A stretch of 64,000 bases of DNA from the human T2T-CHM13v2.0 reference genome, Homo sapiens (GCF_009914755.1 NC_060935.1); one strand, 5' to 3'. Positions 1 through 13,041 are shown, counted from the stretch's first letter. The notes: generated by a model from the sequence alone, not told the origin. Program-made: numbers and translations.

Positions 1-252
1 GCTGTCATCTAACTTCCCTCCCCCCAGTATTGCTAAAAAAATGAAATGAAATTTTAAGATAAATAAACTATAGAGAGAGAGCTCTTGTGTGAGAGGAGGA
101 AGTTACTGATTTTGAATAATGCAATACCCATGAAGAAATTTTACCTCTTCTCCTCACATTCCAGCTGAAGAAGGTTGGGATCATGTGACTAGTTCTCCCT
201 CTCAAAGCCAAAGAAATCACTTGTCAAATTTGAGAGTGCTCAGAAGGAAGGA

Positions 253-453
253 TGTTATGGGTTAAATTGTGTTCCCGACAAAAGATATGTTGACATCCTA
301 ACTTCTACTATCTCAGAACTTGATCTTATTTGCAAGTAAGTCATTGCAGATGTAATTAGTTAAATTAGATGAGATCACATGGAAGTAGGGTGGGCCCTAA
401 ATTCAACATGTCCTTAAAAGGAAACAATGGTGAGTCACAGGAAAAATGCCATG
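253..453 (+). mobile_element. MaLR LTR (MLT1C-like), 5' half, split by the HERV-L insertion
   Basis: Starts TGTTATGGGTTAAATTGTG, contains gcagatgtaattagttaa and agtagggtgggccctaaa; resumes after 3448. Confidence 0.8.
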
Positions 454-709
454 TGTGATGGTTAATACTGAGCGTCAACTTGACTGGATTGAAGGATACG
501 TAGTATTAATCCTGGGTGTGTCTGTGTGGGTGTTGCCAAAAGAGATTAACATTTGAGTCAGTGGGCTGGGGAAAGCAGATTCACCCTTAATCTGGTGGGC
601 AAAATTTAATCAGTTTCCAGTGAATATAAAGCAGGCAGAAAAATGTGAAAGACAGAGACAGGCCTAGCCTCCCAGCCTACATTTTTCTCCCATGCTGGAT
701 GCTTCTTCC
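454..709 (+). repeat. 5' LTR (MLT2A1-like), 3'-truncated by deletion
   Basis: Aligns to 3010-~3263 (13 differences in the first ~147 nt by manual count), then jumps directly into pol sequence. Confidence 0.9.
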
Positions 710-2700
710 ATGCTGGGCTTTGTTGGAAACTGAAGGTTGTTTGACTCTGGGTCATCAAGTCACCACGCGACCCAAACTGCCTATCATGAACTGGGTGCTT
801 TCTGACCATCAGGCCATAAAGTGGGTCATGCACAGCTGCATTCCGTCATCAAATGGAAGTGGTATATACATGATTGGGCTTGAGCAGGTCCTGAAGACAC
901 CAGTAAGTTACATGAGGAAGTGGCTCAAATGCCCATGGTCTCCACTCCTGCCACCCTGCCTTCTCTCCCCCAGCCTGCACTGATGGCCTCATGGGGAGTT
1001 CCCTATGGTCAGCTGAGAAGACTAGGGCCTGGTTCACAGATGTTTCTGCACGATATGCAGGCACCACTCGAAAGTGGACAGCTGCAGCACTACAGCCCCT
1101 TTCCAGGACATCTCTGAAGGACAGCAGTGAAGGGAAATCTTCCCAGTGGGCAGAACTTTAAGCAGTGCACCTGGTTGTGCACTTTGCATAGGAGGAGAAA
1201 TGGCCAGATGTGTGATTATATACTGATTCACGGGCTGTAGCCAATGGTTTGGCTGGATGGTCAGGGACTTGGAAGAAGCATGACTGGAAAACTGGTGACA
1301 AAGAAATTTGGGGAAGAGGTATGCAGATCAAACTCTGAGTGGTCAAAAACTGTGAAGATATTTGTATCCCATGTGAGTGCTCACCAACGGGTGACCTCAG
1401 CGGAAGAGTTTAATAATCAAGTGGATAGGATGACCGTTCTGTGGACACCACTCAGCCTCTTTCCCCAGCCACCCCTGTCATTGCCCAATGAGCCCATGAA
1501 CAAAGTGGCCATGGTGGCAGAGATGGAGGTTACGCGTGGGCTCAGCAACATGGACTTCCACTCACCAAGGCTGACCTGGCTACGGCCACTGCTGAGTGCC
1601 CAATTTGCCAGCAGCAAAGACCAACACTGAACCCTCGATATGGCACCATTCCTTGGGATGATCAGCCAGATACCTGGTGGCAGGTTGGTTACATTGGCCC
1701 TCTTCCATCATGGAAACGGCAGAGGTTTGTCCTCACTGGAATAGACACTTACTCCAGATATGGGTTTGCCTGCCTGCCATGTTTCTGCCAAGACAACCAT
1801 TCACGGACTCACGGAATGCCTTATCCACCATCATGGTATTGCACACAGCATTGGCTCTGACCAAGGCACTCACTTTATGGCTAAAGAAGTGTGGCAGTGG
1901 GCTCACGCTCATGGAATTCACTGGTCTTACCATGTTCTCCATCATCCTGAAGCAGCTAGATTGATAGAATGGTGGAATGGCCTTTGGAAGTCACAACTAC
2001 AGCACCAACTAGGTGACAGTACTTTGCAGGGCTGGGGCAAAGCTCTCCAGAAGGCTGTGTATGCTCTGAATCAGCATCCAATATATGATACTGTTTCACC
2101 CATAGCCAGGAATCATGGGTCCAGGAATCAGGGGGTGGAAGTGGCACAACTCACCATCACCCCTAGTGATCCACTAGCAAAATTTTTGCTTCCTGTTCCC
2201 ATGACATTACATTCTGCTGGCCTAGAAGTCTTAGTTCCAGAGGGAGGAACACTGCCACCAGGAGAGACAATGATTTCATTAAATAGGAAGTTAAGCTTGC
2301 CACTTGGACACTTTGGGCTCCTCCTACCTTTAAGTCAACAGGCTAAGAAGGGAGTTACAGTGTTGACTGGGGTGACTGACCTGGACTATCAAGATGAAAT
2401 CAGTCTACTACTCCATAACAGAGGTAGGGAAGAGTATGCATGGAATACAGGAGATCCATTAGGGTATTCCCATGTCCTGTGATTAAGGTCAATGGAAAAC
2501 TACAACAGCCCAATGCAGACAGGACTACAAATGACCCAGACCCTTCAGGAATGAAGGTTTGGGTCACTCCACCAGGAAAAAACCTACAACCTGCTGAGGT
2601 ACTTGCTTAAGGCAAGGGGAATACAGAATGGGTAGTAGAAGAAGGTAGTCATCAATACCAGTTACGACCACATGACCAGCTGCAGAAACGAGGACTGTAA
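710..2700 (+). pseudogene. pol: HERV-L pol remnant: connection/RNase H, integrase, dUTPase-like region; frameshifted
   Basis: Peptides WALLETE..GHQVT..LPIMNWVLSD, VSHVSAHQ, SDQGTHF..LIEWWNGL, GHFGLLLP..GVTDLDYQDEI spread across frames; dUTPase after integrase is the ERV-L layout. Confidence 0.9.
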
Positions 2701-3009
2701 TTGTTATCAGTATTTCCTCCTTCTTTTGTTAAAAATGTTTGTGCATGTATACACTTGTACTAAGAAAATATCTTCATTTTACTTCCTTTTCCTTCATCAT
2801 GTGACATAAGATTTATTGACTTCATATCAGCATTTAAGTATTGTTAACTTTATGTAATAGTATTTGGGTTGGGGATTGGTGTATTTCTGGTTGTATGAAG
2901 GATAGCTGTATTATGTTAGGTGTAATTATGACCTCATTATTATCTTTATTTGAAGATTATATATGATCTCAGGAGATGTGTATGGGCTCAAGTTGACAAG
3001 GGGCGGACT

Positions 3010-3448
3010 TGTGATGATTAATACTGGGTGTCAACTTGATTGGATTGAAGGATACAAAGTATTAATCCTTGGTGTGTCTGTGAGGGTGTTTCCAAAAGAG
3101 ATTAACATTTGAGTCAGCGGGCTGGAGAAGGCAGATCCACCCTTAATCTGGTGGGCAACCTAATCAGCTTCTAGTGAATATAAAGCAGGCAGGAAAACAC
3201 GAAAGGGAGAGATGGGCTTCACCTCCCAGCCTACATCTTTCTGCCGTGGTGGATGTTTCCTGCCCTCAAACATCGTAAGTTCTTCAGTTTTGGGGCTCAG
3301 AGTGGCTCTCCTTGCTCCTCAGCTTGCAGACAGCCTACTGTGGACCTTGTGATCATGTGAGTTAATACTTAATAAACTCCCCTTTATATATATATAAGTA
3401 TCTATCTCCTATTAGTCCTGTCCCTCTAAGAGAACCCTGATTCATACA
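3010..3448 (+). repeat. 3' LTR (MLT2A1-like)
   Basis: TGTGATG...ATACA, TATAAA at 3179-3184, AATAAA at ~3371. Confidence 0.92.
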
Positions 3449-3453
3449 CCATG

Positions 3454-3695
3454 TGACCATGGAAACAGAGATTGGAGTGATGCAGCTGTAGCCCAAGGAA
3501 TGACAATGATTGACAGCCACAACCAAAGTCAGGAAGAGACACGGAAGGATTCTACTCAGAGTCTCGGACAGAGTGTGACTCTGCCAACACCTTGGTTTTG
3601 GACTTCTAGCCTCGAGAACTGTGAGATAAATTTCAGCTGTTTTAAGCCACCCAGTTGTGGTACTTTGCTTTGGCTACCCTAGGACACTAACAACA
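3454..3695 (+). mobile_element. MaLR LTR (MLT1C-like), 3' half
   Basis: ctgccaacaccttggttttggacttctagcc...gaactgtgagataaatttc...taagccaccc, typical MLT1 3' end. Confidence 0.8.
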
Positions 3696-4354
3696 CAAGA
3701 GGGGAGTGGCAGTTATAACCCAGGAAGATATCCAGGACTCTGCCAGTCTGATTACCTGCCCAATGCTCTGAGGGCAAGGAAAAGAGCCTCAAGGAGGAAT
3801 GACATGATAAATAAACAAGTATGGAAAACAGACCCTATTAGTGCCCATAGCTACCAGTAGTGAGGCCACAGGGATAGGTGAGATGGGGAGTTCAGGCTTT
3901 TGGAGGACCATGGAGTGGGGGGCACGGAGACATACACAGTAGAGGAAGATGGCATGACACCACTAGTGGGACTTAGAGGCTGAGAAAGGATCCAATGTTA
4001 GGTGGGGCTATGTGGATATGAGCCCCCATCAGCATGAGGGTTTTTAAAACCACCACCAGTCCGCACCAAGACAACAATCAGCAAGGTAGGAAAGCAATCC
4101 CAAGCAGCCCAGAAAAAAGCCCAACTTCCCTATTTTCCTTGCTCTTTCCTCTGACGCCAACAGCCAAGATGTTACCATAGTGAAGGAGGGATGTATAAAG
4201 GAGAGCAGACCTTCATGCCTTATCGCCACTGGCTTAGCCATGTTCTGTAGGTGCAAATGGAAGAAGGAGGGGGAGCTGCTGCAGGTAGGGAAGGTGAAAA
4301 AGAGCTTTCTATCAGAGAGAAGTTCAAAGCTTTAATATTGAGAAGTTGAACCTA

Positions 4355-4651
<297 letters not shown>

Positions 4652-5389
4652 CTAGAGATAACACGAAGGGCACCTGCTCCTGTGGGAAAGGTAAATAAAT
4701 TGAGTGTGTTTTGGAGTTCTTATCAGAACAAACAAAACTTCTGTGTTTATACCCCAATCAGCCATGACCTCTAACTCAACTGTAATTATAGTAATGTTAT
4801 AATAGTCATAATAATATAATAATAATTATTATTAAATCACTCCACCTCATAAGCAAACTGTTTCACATCTGTATGTAAGAGAGACTGTTTCCTTTCCTAT
4901 TGATATGGGTCAAGGCCTATTTTGATCATAACATGAAACAAAGAATTCTTGGTAAGCAATAGATTCAATGAGACCAACTCAGGGAATTTGGCAAGGTTTA
5001 TGGGTCTCTAAATGATGAATATTTTAGTCAGTGAATGGTGGGAGTGGGGAGGTCTCTAGGGAGCCTTGTGCCTTGAAATTTAATGAGTTTCTTTGGGGAG
5101 AAATTCATTAGGAAATGAGAAAGCAAATGCTCTGTCAAGAGGAAGCTGTCAAAACTATTACTTTGTATTAATCAGCAGACTTGATTTTTCATTAAGAAAC
5201 AAGAGAAAATGTTTTCTCTGGCCAGGCAACTCTTTCAACAGCAGACTGATGGTTTTAATAAGCCAAAGTATTTAGAGGCCTAGTGATTGGCCTGCCTCAA
5301 GAGATTTGCAGAATATCTGAGTTAGGGAAATATAAAATATATTTTATCACTATAGAAAAAAAGTTGCTAACCTTAAGTAGCCTTGTCTT

Positions 5390-5610
5390 ACAGTTTAGAG
5401 TTAGGTGTGTGACATTTGGAAAATATCTTTACCTCTCTGAGCTTTACTTTTTTCCTCTACAAATGAAAATAACATTTATCACATGGAGGTACTTTTTGAG
5501 TTTAAAATGACGTAGGTAAACTACTTAGCACAAAAGTGATAAACATAGCTGAGCCAGAATTTGAACCCCAGTCTGTCTCACTATAAACCTGTGTTCTTAG
5601 CCTTTACCTT
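5390..5610. repeat. MIR fragments (two, opposite orientations)
   Basis: MIR core-like tctctgagc...aaatgaaaataa, then gagccagaatttgaacccc. Confidence 0.55.
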
Positions 5611-6095
5611 CTATTGTCTCTACTTTCATGGAGAATTGTCAAGAAGATGACAGATGAATGCAAGAATAAAAGCATGAAGGTCAGTATAAATATAAATTTG
5701 AAAGCCTGCCAGGATACATACAGGATTTTATATCAGAATGAAAGGCTTTTGATAGTGATTTGAAAAAGAAAAGAAAGAGTTTCATAAGAGTGGAAGAGTT
5801 ACCTCTTTTGTTCATGGCTCTATCTCTAGTTCCATAGTGCATAATGCTGGCTTATTATATGTGTTTGTTGAAAGGATGGCACATAACCAAGCACCTATCA
5901 AAGAAAAAAACACATTTGAGAGAACAGTCCTTTCAAGACTAAGCCTTTTAAAGGTGATGACCTCATTAGCTTTTAAGTTTTAGCACACACCAAAAAAACT
6001 TATACCTTAAGGAAACTCCTTTATTGTTGTCGGTGATTTTGAACTCAGCACAGTATGTGAACAGTAGGAAAAAAATCACTGTTAAAGATATTATG

Positions 6096-6236
6096 CCCGC
6101 ATGCATTCGGTATTTGGGCTTAAAACCTAGATGATGGGTTGATAGGTCCAGCAAACTACCATGCCACATGTATATCTATGTAACAAACCTTCACCTTCAG
6201 CACACGTATCCCAGAAATTAAAATAAAATTTTAAAG
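6096..6236 (+). mobile_element. Very short L1PA7/8-type 3' end with 20-bp 5' inversion
   Basis: gggcttaaaacctagatgatgggttgatagg...A tail; TSD AAGATATTATG at 6085-6095 and 6237-6247. Confidence 0.88.
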
Positions 6237-6349
6237 AAGATATTATGGCTTGACACACAAAAGTAACCTATATGTCCAGAAAGAAATTATTTGGTTATCC
6301 TTTATTGAATAGGACCTATTAATTGTAAACACGTTATAATTACATATGT

Positions 6350-6780
6350 AACTATAAAATCACGCCTCTGCCATGCCTAAAGTAAAAAAATGGCTTCCCA
6401 TCAATCTTAGGATAAAGGCCAAATACTTACTGTGGCCTCCAAGGCCCCACTCACTTCTCTGGATGCTCTGGTGGCATTCTTACCCCTTTCCTTGCTCCAG
6501 TTATATCAACCCTTCAGTTGCTCAATATGCCACTCTCCTTCCCACCTCAAGGACTTGGTGTGTATTGTTCCTTTCAACTAATCAGTTCCAATATAGTCTC
6601 TTTCAGGATTTGAGCACAGAGATCACTTCCTTATGGAATCATCTTCTGACACATCAGATTAATTCAGGTCACCTTCCTATAAATTCTCAATGTACCATGG
6701 ACTTAAGAAGTATTCATCACAGTAATTACATATTTTTACTCCCCCTTTTTTGGCCACACTAGAATGTTAATCTTTATCAT
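6350..6780 (+). repeat. L2 fragment
   Basis: ggcttcccatcaatcttaggataaaggccaaa...ggcctccaaggccc, typical L2 3' region. Confidence 0.55.
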
Positions 6781-8689
6781 GGGGATGATATAAAAATATG
6801 TTACATTTTACTAACTCCTTTACTACACATGCAAAAAAAATTCTGTAATTTCCAACACTAACCCCTTGCTTACACTGCCCATGTGTCTCCTCTTTCTCCA
6901 TCTTCTTCCTTTTCTGTATCTTGTTTACCTTTTTTTTTTTTTTTGTCTACTACCTATCAGGGAACTACTAACCCCCTGCACACACCGTCTCTCACTCTTA
7001 GGACAATGAACCATTCAAGTTAATGACTGCTTTTCCCATCTGACAGAAAAGCAAACTAAACCCTAGAAGTCCAGTCATATAATTAAAGCAGCACGGAGAG
7101 CAGGCTCTGAGATAGGGTCTGGAACACAGCGATGTGTGGCTTCAAGGCCATCATATTCTCTTTCCAGCCTCTACACACTGTATAGTGCCCACCCATCATA
7201 AAGAACACCCTCAGAGCTCTGCCATTGTATGAGTCATTCCTTTGGGGGCCTGCACTCTTACTTGCCTGTGTTATTTGGGGTGGGTGGGTGGGTCACAAGG
7301 TGGAAAGTTTCAGCAGAGTGAAGAATATGTCTTACACTTTAAAAATGTTTTCCTCATGAGCCAGAAGTAGGTGTTTGATGTATATGTTACCAAAGAATCA
7401 CAGAATGTGACAAGTGGAAGAAAACCTGGTGATTTGATCTCACCCTTTGTTTCATAAATAAAAAACCTAGTCTCAGATATATTATATATCTAGTCCAAGG
7501 ACACTGACTAAATGAGAGGAAAAGAACTTAAGACTTACAATGCTAAAGTTTAAATTTTCTTTTGTGTCATGTTTTGTCCCACATCTCTTGTTAGTGAATG
7601 AATGGTAAGTTAAAAGAATTTTTTTTTTAAGGGAATTAGGTCAGTTCCCAGACCATCTAACGATTTTGGAATGCCTATTGTAGTGTAGGTATTCAGTTTC
7701 TAATTCATATCAAAAAGGGTTTTAACCATGAAGGAAAAAGGAAAAACAAGTGCCATGCATTCTCATTCTCATTACTGCCACCAAATATCATGGCCTTTTG
7801 TTGCCCATTTGCTGGTCAGAGCTTCTGAGGTACTGCCCAGCATATAGTTGTGTTTACCAAGCAATATGAAAAACTGAGTTTAGTCTGTCTTGGTACAAGC
7901 CCTTTATCCCCTCTGGAATCATTCGTACTTGCTTCTAATGCAGAAACACTTCAACCAAGTAGACATATTCTATTGTTTTTCCTTCAAGAATAAGTTTTAT
8001 CGTTTATAAATTTTATAAATTCTTTCTCTGGCCACCATTTCATGTAAATTTATGAGATCAAAAAATGCCTAAAATTGAAAACTAGGTCTCTGGATGGAAG
8101 CTGTTGTGGGCATCACTCAGAATTTATTCTTTATGTTGTATGTTAGTCAGTCCATAAACCAGCACTAAGATCTTGGACTTAATCCTAGCACTCCCTCTCA
8201 GGGGCCAAAGCATGGCACAAGTATAGGCACCATAGTGTACGAGGCACTGCATCTATCGTCTTCATTCCAGGGCCCTATCCTTCATATCCAGAGGTGTCAC
8301 CAGTCTGAGATCATTAATATTCTAACAATAATTTCTTTCACAATTTCTTAATTTGACCGGGGAGACTGTTTCATTGAGCTATTGGAAGCAGGAGTTGAAG
8401 GAAGGTAAATGTATCCATAAAAATTAAAATGAAGTATTTAAAAAATAAAATAAATAAATCTTGATTTCTCAGTAGGAAATGCTAAAGTTACTAGAAGTTT
8501 TGGTATCCCTCAGAAAAAATAATCATTTGAATTTTATGTGTCCTTCAACCTGAAGATGAAATACACCCAGAGATATTTATAAAAATATATAAATATATAT
8601 AGTAAGTTAGGTAGATTGAGATACATATATATGTTTTGTGAATACTAGAAATAACAAAATTGGGTATTTAAGTGATGCCAATGATTTGC

Positions 8690-9122
8690 ATGATAAAAAG
8701 AGAAAGAAAATTAGAAATGAACATGGAAGAATGTTCAGTCTTGCAGATAAACATAAATTAAAACAATGAGGTTACATTTCATTGCTATTGCACAGATAAA
8801 CTTTTAAAATAGATCAGAAGTGCCAGTGACAGCAAGGATGTGGTAAAATTTATAAACTCAATAAATTTTTGATGTAATTACAATATGGGTCTATCATTTT
8901 GAAAAGCAATATATCAATGTATGTCAAGGGAAATAAAGATGTCTCAGTAATGCCATTCTCACCAATTGTCCTAGAGAATTTATTTATTTAGGCTTTTCCC
9001 CCTTTCAATTAAAATATTGACTGTGTTATCAGTTATACTAATATGGGAAATAATTAAAATATCCTACACTATGGTATATCCACTAATTGGAATGTTATAT
9101 AGGTATTAAAACTATCTTAAAA
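8690..9122 (+). repeat. Old L1 (L1M-class) ORF2 3' fragment, host of the next element
   Basis: aaattaaaacaatgagg...gcaaggatgtgg...ggtatatcca; similar decayed sequence resumes after 17642. Confidence 0.6.
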
Positions 9123-12100
9123 GTGCTGGATGGAGGCGAGATGGCCAACTAGACACAGCTAGGAGGAACATCTGCCACTGAAGGACCAGGATACTGTGAA
9201 GACTGGCACACTCTGAGCAGATCTTTAGAGGGAGGGCATTGAGAGTGATGGAGGGAGGACACAGATGCTGGGCTGAAGGGGGAGGAAGCTAGGAACATTG
9301 AATGGGGCTACTGTGCACCAGAACTAGTTTCTGGCCCCCAACAAGTCCTGGGAAAGAGGTGACTTGAGGAGACAAGGAGCAATCAGCTGTCACCATGGAC
9401 CTCTGGAATCCTGGCAGCAGGAGACCCCACAACCCCCATGGACACGTGAGCTGGCAAGGAGAACTGCTTATAGAGGTAGTAGGGGCAGAACTTCAGCCTG
9501 TGCACAGCCCAGAAGGTTTGGTGCCAGACATCTCTGGGGAATGGCCAGGTATGCCATCCCCCAAGGCTTGCCATGCTCCCCTAGGAGCCTTAAACCATAC
9601 AGGAATTTATGAGCATGAACAGAGTAGGGTAAACTTGTCTGTGAGATGGGGCTGGGCATCCTTCTGTCTTCTGGCTTCTCCCAGGGTCCAAGCCTTGCTG
9701 TGCCTGCTTGCAGTGCAGCCTTGGATGCCCAACGGGGGTGCCTCCTAGGGGTGCTGCCACCACCAGCACTGCCAATGCCCACACAGACACCAGAAGGCCC
9801 AGCCCACGAGTGCCCTACCCAAGCCAATGAGTATACACCCCTATGTGCTGTGGCTGCTGCTGGCACATGTGAATGAGGACGGATCTTGATGATATTACTG
9901 GACAAATCACCTTGGTGGCCATCACCCTTTGGAGTGTTGTGGTCAGTGGTCTGGGAACACTTCAGCCCCTCCAATGCAGCAGGTTCCCAACTTTGAGGGG
10001 CCAGTGAACAAAGCCAGGAGCCCAATACCAACTTCCAGAGTTAAAGCATGAATCCTTGGAGTACTGAGCTGAGCCGTAACTCCCCAAAAATTTACCAGAA
10101 ATGAAGTCAGTCAACTGAACCCACCTTATACCACAATCAAACCCCTAAGGACATCAAAAAAGATAAAATCAAAAACATAAAAATCCAAAGGACAGCGACT
10201 TCAAAAATCGGAGGAAGATCATCAGCCCACACAGATGAGAAAGAACCAGCACAAGAACTTTGGCAACTCAGAAAGCCCGAGTGTCTTCGTTTGATTATAT
10301 TCATAGGAACAAAGATCACTGATATTCAGGAGGAAGTTGTAACCCAATTCAAGGATTCTAAGGAATGCGATAAAACAATACAGGAGATAAAAGATGAAAT
10401 GGCCATTTTAAGAAAGAGCCAAACCAAACTAGTAGAACTGAAAAGCTCACTTCAAGAATTTCAGAATACAATCACAGGTATTAACAGCAGAATTGACCAA
10501 GCTGAGGATAGAATCTCAGAGCAATTACAGAAGACCAGATTACTGAAGCAACTCAGTCAGACAAAAATAAAGATAAAACAATAAATAAGAATGAACAAAA
10601 CCTCCAAAAAATATGGGAGTATGTAAAGAGACAAAATCTAGATGCATTGCTATCCCTGAAAGACAGGGAGACAAAGCAAGAAACTTGAAAACATATTTCA
10701 GGATATTGTCCATCAAAATTTCTCTAACCTCTCTAGAGAGGCCAATATTCAAATTTGGGAAATGCAGATAACCCATGCAAAATACTACACAAGACAATCC
10801 TCAAGACATATCGAAGATTCTTCAAGGTCAAAATGAAAGAAAATATATTAAAGGCAGCTAGAGAAAAGTAGTAAGTCACCTACAAAGGGAACTCCATCAG
10901 GCAAACAGCAGATCTTTCAGCAGAAACCTCATAAGCCAGAGGAGAATTGGGCCTATATTAAGCCTTCTTAAAGAAAAGAATTTTCAAACAAGGATTTCAT
11001 ATCCAGCCAAACTAAGTTTCATAAGAGAAAGAGAAATAGGATCTTTTTTAGACAAGTAAATGCTAAGGGAATTCATTATCATCATACTTGCCTTATGAGA
11101 GGTCTTGAAGAGAGTGCTAAACATGGAAAGGAAAGAACATGACCAGCCACTACCAAAACACAAGTACATAGACCAGTGACATTATAAAGGACCACACAAA
11201 GAGGTCTGAATAATAACCAGTTAATCAAATGATGACAGGAACAAATCCACTCATATCAATACTAACGTTGAATGTAAATAGACCAAATGCCCAAATTAAC
11301 AGGCACAGAGTGACAAGTTCAATAAAGAAGTAAGACCCAAATATATGCAGTCTTCAAGAGACACGTCTCACATGAAATAATATGGATAGATCCAAAGTAT
11401 AGGGATGGAGAAAAGTTCTTCCAAGCAAACAGAAAACAGAGAAAAAGTGGGGATTGCTATTCTAATTTCAGACGAAAGAGACTTTAAACCAACAAAGATC
11501 AACAAAAGGCAAAGAAGGGCATTACATAATGGTAAAATGCTCAATTCAACAAGACAAACTATCCTAAACTTATATGTACTCAATACAGGAGCATACAAAT
11601 TCATAAAGCAAGTTCTTAGGGACCTAGAAAGAGACTTAGATTTGCACACAATAATACTGAGAGACTTCAACACCCCACTGACAATATTAGACAGATCATC
11701 AAAGCAGAAAACTAACAGATATTCAAGACCTGAAATTGACACTTGATCAAATGGACTTAATAGACTTCTATACAACACTCCACCCAAAGGCAACAGAATA
11801 TACATTCTTCTCATCTTCACATGGCACATAATCTAAAATAGACTAAACAATCAGACATTAACAATCCTTAGAAAATTCAAAATAAAAAAATGAAATCATA
11901 CCAACCACATTCTTATTCTGTAGTGCAATAAAAATAAAGATCAGTACTAACAAAATTGCTCAAATCCATATAATTACATGGATATTAAACAATCTGGTCC
12001 AGATTAACTTTTGGATAAATAATGAAACTAAGACAGAAATAAAGAAATTATTTGAAACTAATGAGAACAAGGATACAACATGTCAGAATCTCTGGGACAC

Positions 12101-13041
12101 AGAAAAGTGGTGTTAAGAGGGAAGTTTATACCACTAAATGTTCACATCAAAAAGTTAGAAAGATTTCAAATTAACAACCTAATAACTTGCCTAGAATAAC
12201 TAAAGAAATAATAGCACACCAACCCTGAAGCTAGCAGAAGACAAGAAATAGCCAAAATCAGAGCTGAACTGAAAAAAAAAAAAAAACTGAGACATAAAAT
12301 CATTCAAAAGATAACAAATCCAGCAGTTGGTTCTTTGAAAAAATTTGTAAGATAGATCACTAGCTAGACTAATTTAAAAAAAGGGGGAGAAAATGCAAAT
12401 ACACACAGTCAGAAAATGACAAAGGGGACTTTACCCCTGACCCCAGAGAAGTACAAAAATCACTCAGAGACTATTGTGAACATCTCTGTGCTCATAAGCT
12501 AAACAACCCAGAAGAAATGGATGAATGCCTGGACACACACAACCTCTCAAGACTGATCCAAGAAGAAATTAAATCCCTGAATAGATCAATAATGAGTTCT
12601 GAAATTGAATCAATAAGAAAAAGTCTACAAACCAGAAAAGGCCCAGGACCAGATAGATTCATAGCCAAATTCTAGCAGATATATAAAGAAGAGTTGGTAC
12701 CATTCCTATTGAAACTATTTCAAAACATTGAAGGGGAAGGACTCCTCCCCAGCTCATTCTATGAGGCCAGCTTCATCCTGATACCAAAACCTGGCAGAGA
12801 CACAACATCAACAACAAAACCTTTAGGTCAATATCCTTGAATATCAATGCAAAATTCCTCAACAAAAAACTGGCAAATCAAATCCAGCAGGACATCAAAA
12901 AGCTTATCCACCACGGTCAATTAGGCTTTATCCCTGGGATGCAAGGCTGGTTTAACACATGCAAATCAATAAATGTAATTCATCACAAAAACAGCACTAA
13001 AAACAAAAACCACATGACTATCTCAATAGATGCAGAAAAGG

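Larger units (their letters stand above)
454..3448 (+). mobile_element. HERV-L provirus, internally deleted, with MLT2A-type LTRs
   Basis: Two similar LTRs starting TGTGATG (454, 3010), TG...CA termini, 5-bp TSD CCATG at 449-453 and 3449-3453, purine-rich tract before the 3' LTR, pol-like peptides between. Confidence 0.95.

Noticed and set aside
645-983. 112-aa ORF fusing LTR and pol sequence
   Set aside because: GTG start, by-product of the deletion junction, drifts out of the pol frame; no evidence of function.
9364-10031. Overlapping 66-187 aa ORFs in a GC-rich stretch
   Set aside because: Lie in the old L1 5'UTR; GC richness lowers stop frequency; no recognisable domains.
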